This document shows, one piece after another, positions 9,939 through 19,529 of a stretch of DNA of 64,000 bases. The stretch lies in NCBI GenBank assembly GCA_964526595.1, contig CAZGJF010000007.1:827-64826 (forward strand), in the 5' to 3' direction. Origin of the DNA: an uncultured Akkermansia sp. Its GTDB lineage: Bacteria > Bacteroidota > Bacteroidia > Flavobacteriales_D > Crocinitomicaceae. The position numbers and the translations under genes were made by a program. The notes under the pieces were generated by a model, which saw nothing but the letters and a program-made list of their open reading frames with translations, was not told where the DNA came from and searched no databases. How positions within the stretch are numbered: position 1 is the stretch's first letter; every line of letters starts with the position of its first letter.

Positions 9939-10373
9939 TTAATCTATAGTTGCTATGCATTTTAGTTCAATGGCTATTTGGGTTGGGAGTGAATTAATTT
10001 CAACCGTTGTTCTGCAAGGTAAATTATCTTTAAAATATTCTGCATAAATCTTGTTGTAAGCATGAAAGTCACGTTTCATGTTTACTAGAAATACAGTTAC
10101 ATCAACTAATTTATCCCAACTTGAGCCGGATTCTTCCAGTATGATTCTTACATTCTCAAAAACACTTCTGCATTGAGCTTCAAAGTCGAATTCAATGAAA
10201 TTGCCATTTTTGTCCAATTTTAATCCAGGAACTGCTGAATCGGTATCATCTGATCCCGCCACTCTTGGACCAACACCCGATAAGAACAGCAAATTTCCCA
10301 CGCGTCTTGCATGAGGATATAAACCGACAGGTTTAGGGGCTTTTTCAGTAGAAATACGTGAATGGTCGGACAT
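9939..10373 (-). CDS. ridA: RidA/YjgF family reactive-intermediate deaminase
   Basis: APKPVGLYPHARRVGNLLFLSGVGP ... RTTVEINSLPTQIAIELKCIA is typical of RidA/L-PSP. The ORF-track start is TTG, and the ATG at 10373 gives MSDHSRI... Confidence 0.85.
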   Translation of the reverse strand: MSDHSRISTEKAPKPVGLYPHARRVGNLLFLSGVGPRVAGSDDTDSAVPGLKLDKNGNFIEFDFEAQCRSVFENVRIILEESGSSWDKLVDVTVFLVNMKRDFHAYNKIYAEYFKDNLPCRTTVEINSLPTQIAIELKCIATID

Positions 10374-10440
10374 GATTATTTTTGATTGCAAATATACGTC
10401 ACATAAGTGAATTGTTTATGAATGGTTTAATCAAGTTGAA

Positions 10441-10785
10441 TCAAATTTGATCAAAATTTCTTTTCAGAGCTCGTTCTACTCTGACAAATAGAAAAATAAA
10501 TGAAATGAGCATCAAAATTAAACCAAGCAGTATATTGAAAAGTTCTTCGAGGTGTACAAAGAATCCCAAAAACGAAAGTGACACCAGCAAAAAACCTTGT
10601 CTCATCATTTCTTTGGAAGCATATTTTTGTGCAAAATCCCACCTTTCCTGATTTTTCATTGAATTGTTTGTCCGATATCCATACATTGAATTGATTTCTT
10701 TAGGTGGAAACTTGATCAGGATGAATCCGGCAATGATCAATACAGGACCAATTATCAACGGGATCAGTAAAAAGCTGTTAAACAA
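10441..10785 (-). CDS. SdpI/YhfL family membrane protein
   Basis: Small multi-TM protein with PPKEINSMYGYRTNNSMKNQERWDFAQKY, the SdpI-family signature region. The apparent start is TTG. Confidence 0.6.
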   Translation of the reverse strand: MFNSFLLIPLIIGPVLIIAGFILIKFPPKEINSMYGYRTNNSMKNQERWDFAQKYASKEMMRQGFLLVSLSFLGFFVHLEELFNILLGLILMLISFIFLFVRVERALKRNFDQI

Positions 10786-10825
10786 AATTCACTTTTATGA
10801 AAATAACAAAGATCTTTCCCTTTCA

Positions 10826-12454
10826 CTATCCCAAAAATGGGTAGCGATAATCGGCTGGTGCGACAAATGTTTCTTTGATCGTTCGGGCAGACACCCAACG
10901 CAGTAAGTTCATAGAGGCACCTGCCTTGTCATTTGTTCCTGAACCTCTTGCTCCCCCAAAAGGCTGTTGACCGACAACAGCTCCGGTCGGTTTGTCATTG
11001 ATATAAAAGTTCCCTGCTGCATTTGCCAGTTTTTGGGTCGCTAAACTAATGGCATATCGATCTCGTGACATGATAGAACCTGTCAATGCATAATCAGAGG
11101 TGTCATCAATTAAATCCAACGTAGTTTCAAAATTTTTATCTTCGTAAACATAGATTGTCAGTACGGGACCAAATATTTCTTCGCACATCGTACGAAATTT
11201 AGGGTTTGTTGTAACCACGGTTGTTGGTTCAACAAAGTAACCCTCGGATTTATTATAATTTCCACCGGTGATTATTTCTGCGTCCGCTTGTGATTTTATA
11301 TAGTCAATGTAAGAAGCAATTTTGTCAAAGGCCCGTTCATCAATTACTGCATTGATAAAGTTAGCAGTATTTTCAGGACTACCCATTTTGAAAGAATTGA
11401 CTTGTTTAATAAGAATTCGTTTGACATCAGGCCATAAATTTGCCGGGATGTAAGCACGTGAAGCTGCTGAGCATTTTTGCCCCTGAAATTCGAATGCTCC
11501 TCTCGATAAGGCAGTGGCAACTTCTGCCGGATCGGCCGATTCATGAGCAATGATAAAATCTTTACCTCCTGTTTCTCCTACTATTCTCGGGTAAGATCGA
11601 TATTTTTCAAGATTTGCTCCAATTTCTTTCCATAAATATCTGAAAACGGAAGTTGATCCTGTAAAGTGAAGTCCTCCAAAATGCTTGTTTTTGAAAATGA
11701 CATCACCAGCAACTGGACCATCAACAGTAATCATATTTATTACACCATCTGGGACACCAGCTTCACGGAACAGTTCCATGATGACCTGCGCTGAGTAAAT
11801 TTGTGAATCAGCTGGTTTCCAAATAACAACATTCCCCATCATGGCAGGTGCAGCACATAAGTTGGCAGCAATTGATGTGAAATTAAATGGAGTTATTGCA
11901 AAAACAAAACCTTCCAAAGGGCGATATTCTATACGATTCCACATTCCGGGTAATGATTCAGGTTGTTCCTTGTATATTTGAGTCATGTATTGAACGTTGA
12001 ATCGAAAAAAATCAATCAATTCACAAGCAGCATCTATCTCAGCTTGGTAAACATTTTTTGATTGAGCGAGCATCGTTGCAGCATTTATCTTATCACGGTA
12101 AGGTCCTGCTAATAAATCTGCCGCTTTCAAGAAGATTGCTGCACGTTCCTCCCATGCCAAATTAGCCCACTTAATTCTTGCTTCAAGCGCAGCCTCAATA
12201 GCGGCTTCAACATGTGTAGCATCTCCCATGTTGGCATACCCGATGACTTTTTGGTGATCGTGGGGCATAATCAAAGCCTTTTTCTGACTGGTTCGGATTT
12301 GATCCTTACCAATATACATTGGAATGTCAATCGGTGAAACACTTGACATTTCTCGATATTTGTTCAACAAACTGGTGTGTTCTGTTGATCCGGGAAAATA
12401 AGATCTTACAGGCTCATTTTGAGCTATCGGAACTTGAAAAAGGGCATTTGACAT
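10826..12454 (-). CDS. pruA: L-glutamate gamma-semialdehyde (1-pyrroline-5-carboxylate) dehydrogenase
   Basis: 542-aa aldehyde dehydrogenase with VGETGGKDF and FEFQGQKCSAASR (catalytic Cys) and the N-terminus MSNALFQVP...NEPV.SY.PGS typical of PruA. Confidence 0.9.
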   Translation of the reverse strand: MSNALFQVPIAQNEPVRSYFPGSTEHTSLLNKYREMSSVSPIDIPMYIGKDQIRTSQKKALIMPHDHQKVIGYANMGDATHVEAAIEAALEARIKWANLAWEERAAIFLKAADLLAGPYRDKINAATMLAQSKNVYQAEIDAACELIDFFRFNVQYMTQIYKEQPESLPGMWNRIEYRPLEGFVFAITPFNFTSIAANLCAAPAMMGNVVIWKPADSQIYSAQVIMELFREAGVPDGVINMITVDGPVAGDVIFKNKHFGGLHFTGSTSVFRYLWKEIGANLEKYRSYPRIVGETGGKDFIIAHESADPAEVATALSRGAFEFQGQKCSAASRAYIPANLWPDVKRILIKQVNSFKMGSPENTANFINAVIDERAFDKIASYIDYIKSQADAEIITGGNYNKSEGYFVEPTTVVTTNPKFRTMCEEIFGPVLTIYVYEDKNFETTLDLIDDTSDYALTGSIMSRDRYAISLATQKLANAAGNFYINDKPTGAVVGQQPFGGARGSGTNDKAGASMNLLRWVSARTIKETFVAPADYRYPFLG

Positions 12455-12469
12455 AATACAATTTTATTG

Positions 12470-12477
12470 CAAAAATA
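12470..12477 (-). promoter_or_regulatory. Candidate Bacteroidetes -7 promoter box (TAnnTTTG) for pruA
   Basis: The minus strand reads ...ctgTATTTTTGcaataaaattgtattATG. TATTTTTG matches the Bacteroidetes sigma-A -7 consensus and lies about 16 nt upstream of the ATG. Confidence 0.4.
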
Positions 12478-12680
12478 CAGATTGTAAACCATCTTCGCAA
12501 CGACGTATAGGCATGTCCCCCTTTTTATGTTTAATCCATGGTATCATATTTAATGGAAACGCTCTATTAAGACAAAGAAAGATATGATTTTGAATAAACA
12601 ATTGATTAAGTTGTTCAGCTAGAAATCTTGTTAATATCAGTTAAATACCTTGCAATAAAACCGCTTGTATTATCATGCTT

Positions 12681-12775
12681 TGTGTCTGCGTGCTGCCGTT
12701 TTGCGTGCAGGCGATGTTGCCTAGTGTTACGCCTGCGGCAAGGCAATTTTGCTTACACGCTGTTATAGGGCGCTT
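12681..12775. other. GC-rich structured intergenic element; function unknown (possible terminator, REP-like element or small RNA)
   Basis: A spot count of 12681-12740 gives 36/60 G+C, against roughly 17-40% in the other lines I counted. There is a 7-bp stem GCAGGCG (12707-12713) / CGCCTGC (12730-12736). Its loop contains TTGCC, which is complementary to two GGCAA copies at 12737-12746. TGCGTGC is a direct repeat at 12687 and 12702. Confidence 0.3.
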
Positions 12776-12799
12776 TTATTCATTCAATTTCTGTGATTT

Positions 12800-14674
12800 T
12801 TAGTATTTAATCGCTCTCATTTCCTTAAATTCTGACAAGTAATAGATTGTCCTTGAGACGTCATCCAAAATATATTTTGGTTCCTTATCCTTTCCAAAGT
12901 TTATTTCTATATTTTTTTGACCAGTAATCTTTGATATTCCAATCAATCCAAAATCTTTTGACTCCAATTTACCTAAAATAAACTGAACATCATTTCCGGA
13001 AGCAGATGCCTTGAAACGTTTTCTAACCATATCCATTTCTTTGGATGCAGCAGAAAGGTGGGCTGACGCACCCTTATTTGCAAGTTGTCCAATGGCATCG
13101 CAAAATTCTCTAGCTTCTGGAGACTTTACATTTTGCGATGTTAACTTTGCTCGAGCTTCTAAATCTGCGTATCGCATTGCATCCATTGTATTTAAAATCG
13201 CTGAAGTCGCATATAGCGCTTTTTTCCAGCCTGAAATCCCTGGTGCGGGAATATGAGACTTATATACTTCTTTACCATCTTTTGAATATGCAGCAACCGT
13301 TTGAGAAGAACTTAAAACAAGTAATTCTTTAATTAATTCGATTCGCGTTGGAACTTCTTTTTGTTCAAATTCAATTTTGTTTGCTACCAAAGGTTCTTGA
13401 GTAAGACCTTTTAGGTCTGTCACATATAATATTGATGTTGAAGGATTGAAAGAATACGATAAATTTCCTTCACGAATATTGATTAATGGCAATTCTTTAG
13501 ACGAATTATTCTTGTCAAAAATTGATTTGTTGGTTTCTAAACTTACAATATCTTCTTCCAATTCAGTTCTAACATAAACTGCGTTATCAACCAATTTCAA
13601 TTCTTGAACAGATCCATTTACCTTGTAAAAGTTTTCATATAGATAGGTTCCAGTTTCTAAGTTAACAATATTCAAAAGACTTGATCCATTTGAGTTTTCC
13701 ATACTAATAATCAACCCCTTATCACTGTAATTATACTTTTTTACGGTGCCTTTTAATTTAACTTGTTCCGCCCAAATTTCTGTTCCTGTTGCATAATCAT
13801 ACATGGCCATTGTTGGCTTGAACATTGTGTTATTCGGATCAATTGCGCTGGAAATAATTAAACCAACCGGATCATAAATCACTAAATCAGGTAGCCCTTT
13901 TTGCTTTGCGGGCTCTGACCAAATAGGTTTTCCTGTCGTTAAATCATAAGCCATAACCCCCTGACCTTTAATGAAAATGAACTTATCTTTTTCAAGGTAA
14001 GATAAAGCGAGCTTCGTTTCAGTTTTCGTCGTCGTTTGAGCACCCTTTAATTTAGGTAGCTCAGATTTCCAAATTTGCTTTCCATCCTTGGAGGAAAAGC
14101 AATAAATGGCTCCTCCTTTCATGCCTCCAGTTGTGGGAATTATAAAATTACCATCCTCGGTTTCAATTGGGTTTCCATCAATAACCTCTGCTAAAATACT
14201 CTTTCCAAAAACTTCTTTTAATTCCCACTTAACTGTTCCCGTTGCAGCGTCAACAAGAAAAAAAACAGATTCCATCCCTTTCAATCCTTGCATTAGAAAG
14301 TCGCCAGTACTCCCCAAAATATATTGTTTTCCAATAATAATATTTTCCTTTTTAGAGTCAAATAGAATCTTACCATCGGTTACATTGAAAATAACTTTTG
14401 TCTCCAATTTACCTTGACCCCGTGTAATCATACCAAAAGGTGTATTCGGAATCATTGTAAATTCATTTTCAGTTGGAGAATTTATTAAATTGACACTATA
14501 GTTAATTTCCCCCGTTTTATCATCCATGCCTGAAATACCGTCTAGTGTTCCCAAAATCAAATTTCCAGTAGGAGAAACTTGATACCAATTAACTGTTTTA
14601 TCTAATTTCACTTGCCATTGAGCAAACGAAATGAAAGAAAGAGAAGTAAAAATTGTAAGCGCTAATTTTTTCAT
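12800..14674 (-). CDS. Secreted PQQ-like beta-propeller repeat protein with a distinct helical C-terminal region
   Basis: Signal peptide MKKLALTIFTSLSFISFAQ. It has recurrent 'G(T/K)xxW' blades: TGTVKWELKE, DGKQIWKSELP, TGKPIWSEPA, TGTEIWAEQV. Confidence 0.6.
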   Translation of the reverse strand: MKKLALTIFTSLSFISFAQWQVKLDKTVNWYQVSPTGNLILGTLDGISGMDDKTGEINYSVNLINSPTENEFTMIPNTPFGMITRGQGKLETKVIFNVTDGKILFDSKKENIIIGKQYILGSTGDFLMQGLKGMESVFFLVDAATGTVKWELKEVFGKSILAEVIDGNPIETEDGNFIIPTTGGMKGGAIYCFSSKDGKQIWKSELPKLKGAQTTTKTETKLALSYLEKDKFIFIKGQGVMAYDLTTGKPIWSEPAKQKGLPDLVIYDPVGLIISSAIDPNNTMFKPTMAMYDYATGTEIWAEQVKLKGTVKKYNYSDKGLIISMENSNGSSLLNIVNLETGTYLYENFYKVNGSVQELKLVDNAVYVRTELEEDIVSLETNKSIFDKNNSSKELPLINIREGNLSYSFNPSTSILYVTDLKGLTQEPLVANKIEFEQKEVPTRIELIKELLVLSSSQTVAAYSKDGKEVYKSHIPAPGISGWKKALYATSAILNTMDAMRYADLEARAKLTSQNVKSPEAREFCDAIGQLANKGASAHLSAASKEMDMVRKRFKASASGNDVQFILGKLESKDFGLIGISKITGQKNIEINFGKDKEPKYILDDVSRTIYYLSEFKEMRAIKY

Positions 14675-14696
14675 AATACAAATATTAATTTAAACT

Positions 14697-15341
14697 TTAT
14701 TTTTTAACTTTTATACACCGAACTGAGAAACCTAGCACCCAAGGCTCTGCATAAGTTTCAACAGTGTTTTTTTCTGCCTCTAAATAGCGATCCCACGCAG
14801 AATTTTCATATTCAACTCCTTTACCTTCGGTTGAAGTCCACCATCCGCCACTTGATTCAAGTCCTGCAAATGTTCCATCTGCGATACAAAAACCTCCAGG
14901 TAAACCGTTAAAACCGTTCGGCGAAGAGCCATTTCCATTATTTTTCCAACCACTAGCACTCTTCAACTTTTTTCCTGCCTTCATGATACCTCCGCAATAA
15001 TCGACTAATATTTTCCACTCACTGTAAGTTGGAACTTTATTTCCGATTGGAGCCAAGCCAAGTTTATCGTTTACTGCATACCAATTATAAATTCGACCGT
15101 ACTTTTTTCCATTTTCAGGTGAAAAATTATAAAATGCCCAAATTGGTTTTCCTTCCTCTCCAGCCTTTTTCCATTCTTCGGCTGTTTTAGCTTGTGGGAT
15201 TAATTCACCGTTTCTGAATTTTGCTGTGTTCAGATTCGAAGCGGTCCAAATTTGTGCCCCGATTTTAGCTTCTTTAGCGGGCGTCTGAGCTAAAATAGCA
15301 AGGTTTAATAATGAGCAAAGAAATAATAGAAACCGTTTCAT
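14697..15341 (-). CDS. FISUMP (Fibrobacter succinogenes major paralogous) domain protein, secreted
   Basis: A signal peptide, then IGAQIWTASNLNTAKFRNGELIP...GRIYNWYAV...PTYSEWKILVDYCGG...AGKKLKS..GW...NGFNGLPGG...WWTSTE...VRCIK, the canonical FISUMP pattern. Confidence 0.8.
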   Translation of the reverse strand: MKRFLLFLCSLLNLAILAQTPAKEAKIGAQIWTASNLNTAKFRNGELIPQAKTAEEWKKAGEEGKPIWAFYNFSPENGKKYGRIYNWYAVNDKLGLAPIGNKVPTYSEWKILVDYCGGIMKAGKKLKSASGWKNNGNGSSPNGFNGLPGGFCIADGTFAGLESSGGWWTSTEGKGVEYENSAWDRYLEAEKNTVETYAEPWVLGFSVRCIKVKK

Positions 15342-15472
15342 ATTTTTATTTTTCCGATTTTAACAATAAATATACCAAGTTTTTTTTCAAATGTTACCGT
15401 TGGTACTAATAATGTAGTTGTTTTTTAAATGCCCTATAACTATCTGCTAGTGTCCTTAGTCTTAAAAGAAAA

Positions 15473-15859
15473 TTAATTTAGACGTGCCGGAAAAACCAAC
15501 GAAAAAGGAGGTATAACCACTCGAAAATTATCTCCCGTTTGTAGGTTTCGAAATGTATAAAATCCCTTCATTAATCCAATATCAGATCTTAACTCGCATC
15601 CACTGACGTAATCGTAGGCCTCATTTTTGCTGAGGATGGGTAATTCGCCGACAACTCCTTCTCCACTAATTTGTTTAGGCATGGAAAAAGAATCCAATAT
15701 AAGCCAATCTCTGAAACACAATTGAATATCATAATCATTTTGATTTAAAATGAATACACGATAGTTGAAGAAGTATTGTTGCTCATTAACATGCGACAGA
15801 TCATCTCTGAACCATGTTTTTACGCTTACTTGAACTCCTTTTGTAGTTGCTGTTTTCAA
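15473..15859 (-). CDS. apaG: ApaG (DUF525) protein
   Basis: TKGVQVSVKTWFRDDLSHVNEQQYFFNYRVFILNQND...RDWLILDSFSMPKQISGEGVVGELPIL...YDYVSGCEL...G.MKGFYTF is ApaG-like. The start is TTG. Confidence 0.8.
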   Translation of the reverse strand: MKTATTKGVQVSVKTWFRDDLSHVNEQQYFFNYRVFILNQNDYDIQLCFRDWLILDSFSMPKQISGEGVVGELPILSKNEAYDYVSGCELRSDIGLMKGFYTFRNLQTGDNFRVVIPPFSLVFPARLN

Positions 15860-16095
15860 TGGGGTTGTTTGTCTAATCTAACAATAATAGTAAAACTATA
15901 ACAAAACAATTCAATTTACAAATTAGTTTAGTGTCGTTACTAAAAATCGAAAATGATGAATAATATTATCGTTCAGCTTTATTGTACATAGAAGATTAGA
16001 AATAAAGTTGTTTCGCCTTATCTGATTTAGTTACCTGTAAAAGTGCTTTTAAAGAAGAAGTTATAATTCATTCAAAAAAGATAAACTAACTTTTC

Positions 16096-16983
16096 TCAGA
16101 CTTTTCTCGCTTGATTACTCTTCAAAATGGCGTTGAATACCACAACAAGCACTATCATTAAGGCTCCCATATAAAAATGAATGCTCAAGAGTTGATGTTC
16201 TTTCAAAATCAATACAGCCAATATAATCGTATAAACTGGCTCTAAGTTGATACTCAATGAAACGGTGAAGGCTCCTAATCGTTTAACAACTTCTATGGTT
16301 GCCAAAAAGGCAAACGAGGTGCATAGAATCCCTAAGAAAAGTAACCATAATAAGTCATTCCATTCCAACTGAAGTATCTTCCCATTGAATTTTCCCTGAA
16401 GTAAGATCAGAGTTGTTAAAAACACAAAGCCAGTAACCAATTCATAGAATGGGATCTGATGAGAAGCAATTGTCTGAGAAAGTTTGTCATTAAAAACAGA
16501 AAATAAGGCTGCGCACAGCGCTGCAGTCAATCCATAGATTAACGCAAGATATTCTGATGATTTGAAGTCACTGGATACAAAATAGATCCCATAAATGACT
16601 ATTAAACCTAACGTAAACTCAGTCCAAGAAAATTTACGTTTCATCACCAAAGGCTCCAGCCATGTTACATGAAGGGTAGTTGTTGAAAGGCATAAAATAC
16701 CTAAAGATGCAGTCGAAAGTTGAATGGACATGTAAAACGTCACCCAATGAAGCGACACAATGATTCCAACCCCCGTTAAATAGCTTAAATCTTTAATGGA
16801 GTCCAAAACCAATGATTTCTTCATTAAAAAAAGTGCTATTCCCAATGCTGTAAAGGCAATTAGAACACGATACCAAACAATATAAATGGCCTCAAGATGG
16901 ATCAGTTTGCCCAAAATTCCGGTAAATCCCCACATGAAAATGATGAGGTGGAGCAGGAGTTGGTAACTGAGTTTTTGATGCAT
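16096..16983 (-). CDS. EamA/DMT-family transporter
   Basis: About 10 predicted TM helices in two EamA-like halves. The ORF-track start is TTG, and the ATG at 16983 gives MHQKLSYQLLL... Confidence 0.7.
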   Translation of the reverse strand: MHQKLSYQLLLHLIIFMWGFTGILGKLIHLEAIYIVWYRVLIAFTALGIALFLMKKSLVLDSIKDLSYLTGVGIIVSLHWVTFYMSIQLSTASLGILCLSTTTLHVTWLEPLVMKRKFSWTEFTLGLIVIYGIYFVSSDFKSSEYLALIYGLTAALCAALFSVFNDKLSQTIASHQIPFYELVTGFVFLTTLILLQGKFNGKILQLEWNDLLWLLFLGILCTSFAFLATIEVVKRLGAFTVSLSINLEPVYTIILAVLILKEHQLLSIHFYMGALMIVLVVVFNAILKSNQARKV

Positions 16984-17103
16984 GGTAAACTTTAATTCAA
17001 AAGTAAACAACTACGAAAATGAAAGCTCTTTTTTCGTGTTATTTTAGTGTTCATATTCGTATAGAATGCCAAAAATATCGAAAAATCGACTACTTTTACA
17101 GAC

Positions 17104-18222
17104 ATGCAATTCAAAGACGTTGTTGGTCAGCAAAACCTCAAAAGACATCTTATTCAAGAGGTTCAAGCAGATAAAATAAGTCACGCTCAACTTTTTTTAG
17201 GGAAAGCAGGTTATGGTGGATTACCAATTGCCCTTGCCTTTGTACAGTATCTTTTTTGCCAGCAAAAAACAGAAGATGACAGTTGCGGTTCATGTCCCTC
17301 ATGCAACAAAATAAATCATTTGCAACATCCTGATGTCCATTTTTCCTTTCCGATTGTTCAGGCAATTAGCAAAAAATCGGATGCTTTCATTTCAGATTGG
17401 CGAAACCAAATCAATGAGAAACCATATTTTGCCTTAAACGATTGGATTAAGCGAATTGATGAAAAAGAACGTACTCCCATTATCGGAACGGAAGAAAGTC
17501 AGGAAATCATTCGCAAACTAACTCTGAAATCTTATGAAGGAGGATTCAAAGTGATGATTATTTGGATGGCTGAGTCAATGAATGTGACTTGTGCAAATAA
17601 GTTACTCAAAATTTTAGAGGAACCACCTCAAAACACCTTGTTTCTTCTTTTGTGTGAGTCACAGGAAAATTTGCTTCAAACGATCATCTCACGTGCTCAA
17701 ATCGTAAAAATACCTCGCATTTCAACCGATGAGCTAATTGCGTATCTCAAACAGCGGCTTTCAATGGATCAATCAGTAATTGAAAGCATCATTGCTCGGT
17801 CTGAAGGAGATCTTAATGAGGTACTTGTTTTATTAGGGAGTCATCAGGAACAGGATGATAACAGAGAGTTATTCATTAAACTCATGCGGGTTTGTTATAA
17901 AAAAGATGTTCTGGCGATGATGGATTGGGCAGAGCAGGTAACTTCGATAACAAAAGAACGGCAAAAAATATTTCTCCAATATGCACTTCACATGTTCCGT
18001 CAAAGTATGCTCCGAAATTACACCGAATCTAAATTGACCAATGTTTCAGTTGACGAGGAGCAGTTTTTGAGCAATTTTTCTCGTTTCATTACCGGGAATA
18101 ACATCCTGAATTTTATGGAGTCCTTTAATAACGCACATTACCACATAGATCGGAATGCTAATCCCAAGATTTTATTTACTAATTTGTGCTTCAATGTGAT
18201 GCGTTATATTCATGCGGCTTAG
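17104..18222 (+). CDS. holB: DNA polymerase III subunit delta'
   Basis: HAQLFLGKAGYGGLPIALAFVQYLFC, a Zn-module CGSCPSCNKINHLQHPDVHF, and SRAQIVKIP (sensor region). Confidence 0.85.
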   Translation: MQFKDVVGQQNLKRHLIQEVQADKISHAQLFLGKAGYGGLPIALAFVQYLFCQQKTEDDSCGSCPSCNKINHLQHPDVHFSFPIVQAISKKSDAFISDWRNQINEKPYFALNDWIKRIDEKERTPIIGTEESQEIIRKLTLKSYEGGFKVMIIWMAESMNVTCANKLLKILEEPPQNTLFLLLCESQENLLQTIISRAQIVKIPRISTDELIAYLKQRLSMDQSVIESIIARSEGDLNEVLVLLGSHQEQDDNRELFIKLMRVCYKKDVLAMMDWAEQVTSITKERQKIFLQYALHMFRQSMLRNYTESKLTNVSVDEEQFLSNFSRFITGNNILNFMESFNNAHYHIDRNANPKILFTNLCFNVMRYIHAA

Positions 18223-18293
18223 ACGGTGAATTCACCATACAAAGTACTCAATCTGTTTTAAATTCTTATTTTTACGACACTAATACAAGAATA

Positions 18294-19529
18294 ATGGCTT
18301 GTTCAAATTGCAGTAGTGAAGGAGGAACTCCACGCGGATGTAAGAATAATGGCACCTGTAGTTCGGGTGGTTGTAACAAATTAGAGGTATTTGACTGGCT
18401 AGCCAATATTTCTCCGGCTAACGGACAAAGCTCATATGATATTGTCGAGGTTCGTTTTAAAAACAGTCGCAAGAGTTTTTATCGAAATGCAAAGAATTTT
18501 TCTCTTCAGGTGGGAGATGTGGTGGTAGTAGAGGCTAGTCCTGGGCATGATGTGGGCGTAGTTTCTGTAGTTGGAGAATTGGCAAGGATTCAGGTAAAAA
18601 AGAAAGCACCCGGACTGAAGCCGGTTGAGACGAAGAAGATTTACCGCATCGCAACACAAGATGATATTGATAAATGGATTAAGGCGCGTTCGCTTGAAAA
18701 AGAAGTAATGTATAAGTCGCGTACCTTAGCGGTGAATCTAAACCTTGAAATGAAAATTTCAGATGTTGAATATCAGGGAGATTTAACCAAAGCTACTTTT
18801 TATTATACTGCGGAGGGACGTGTTGATTTTCGCCAGTTGATAAAGGATATGGCCGATCAATTTAAAATCCGTGTTGAAATGCGTCAGATAGGTTCGCGTC
18901 AAGAAGCTTCCCGATTGGGCGGTATTGGATCCTGTGGGCGCGAGTTGTGTTGTTCCACCTGGTTGACCGATTTTAGATCAGTTGCAACTTCAGCCGCACG
19001 TTACCAGCAATTATCACTCAATCCACAAAAGTTAGCCGGACAGTGTGGAAAGTTAAAATGTTGTCTGAATTACGAATTAGATATGTATTTAGATGCCATC
19101 AAGGCTTTTCCAAAAACAGATAATAAGTTACAAACTGAAAATGGAAATGCCTATTTCGTGAAAACAGATGTTTTTAAGCAACTTATGTGGTATTCTTATG
19201 AAGGTGAAGCAGGTGGAGGGTTGGTCTCGCTGACACCTGATCGGGTTCGTGAAATTGCTAAAATGAATGCCGAAGGTAAAAAGCCAAAAGAACTAAACGA
19301 ATTGGTTCAGGTAGAGAAAAAAGAACCGGATTATACAAATGTTGTTGGGCAAGATAGTTTGAATAGATTTGAGCATACATTCAAAAACAAAAAGAACAAG
19401 AAAAAGCCAGGCAAAAAAAATCGAAATCAGCAACAAAATTCGATGAATTCAGAGAGTGCCAATTTCAATCGAGGAGACAAAATTACACAACCATCCGATA
19501 ATAAAGCTAATCCGAAAAATAGTAGGTAA
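18294..19529 (+). CDS. ricT: PSP1 domain protein (RicT/YaaT-like)
   Basis: Cys-rich N-terminus MACSNCSSEGGTPRGCKNNGTCSSGGCNKL, then a PSP1 core (...YYTAEGRVDFRQLIKDMADQFKIRVEMRQIG.R..A...GG.G.CGRELCCSTWL). The ORF-track start at 18186 would overlap holB by 37 nt, so I use the ATG at 18294. Confidence 0.85.
   Translation: MACSNCSSEGGTPRGCKNNGTCSSGGCNKLEVFDWLANISPANGQSSYDIVEVRFKNSRKSFYRNAKNFSLQVGDVVVVEASPGHDVGVVSVVGELARIQVKKKAPGLKPVETKKIYRIATQDDIDKWIKARSLEKEVMYKSRTLAVNLNLEMKISDVEYQGDLTKATFYYTAEGRVDFRQLIKDMADQFKIRVEMRQIGSRQEASRLGGIGSCGRELCCSTWLTDFRSVATSAARYQQLSLNPQKLAGQCGKLKCCLNYELDMYLDAIKAFPKTDNKLQTENGNAYFVKTDVFKQLMWYSYEGEAGGGLVSLTPDRVREIAKMNAEGKKPKELNELVQVEKKEPDYTNVVGQDSLNRFEHTFKNKKNKKKPGKKNRNQQQNSMNSESANFNRGDKITQPSDNKANPKNSR

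Noticed and set aside
12675-12803. A 42-aa Cys-rich ORF (MLCVCVLPFCVQAMLPSVTPAARQFCLHAVIGRFYSFNFCDF) within the GC-rich spacer element
   Set aside because: It has no upstream promoter box or ribosome-binding context that I can see. It overlaps the stop of the convergent gene. GC-rich DNA gives Cys/Ala/Val-rich frames by chance. It is kept only as a note under the structured-element finding.
12762-15441. A 10-nt inverted match (GTTATAGGGC at 12762-12771 and GCCCTATAAC at 15431-15440) bracketing the propeller + FISUMP gene pair, suggesting a mobile cassette
   Set aside because: A single 10-mer between two spacers of 130-345 bp has a non-trivial chance probability, by my rough estimate several percent. 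There are no target-site duplications, no recombinase and no extended inverted repeats.
18186-18293. An N-terminal extension of the PSP1/ricT ORF overlapping holB by 37 nt
   Set aside because: The extension has no conserved features. The ATG at 18294 gives the Cys-rich MACSNCSS... N-terminus typical of Bacteroidota PSP1 proteins and removes the overlap.
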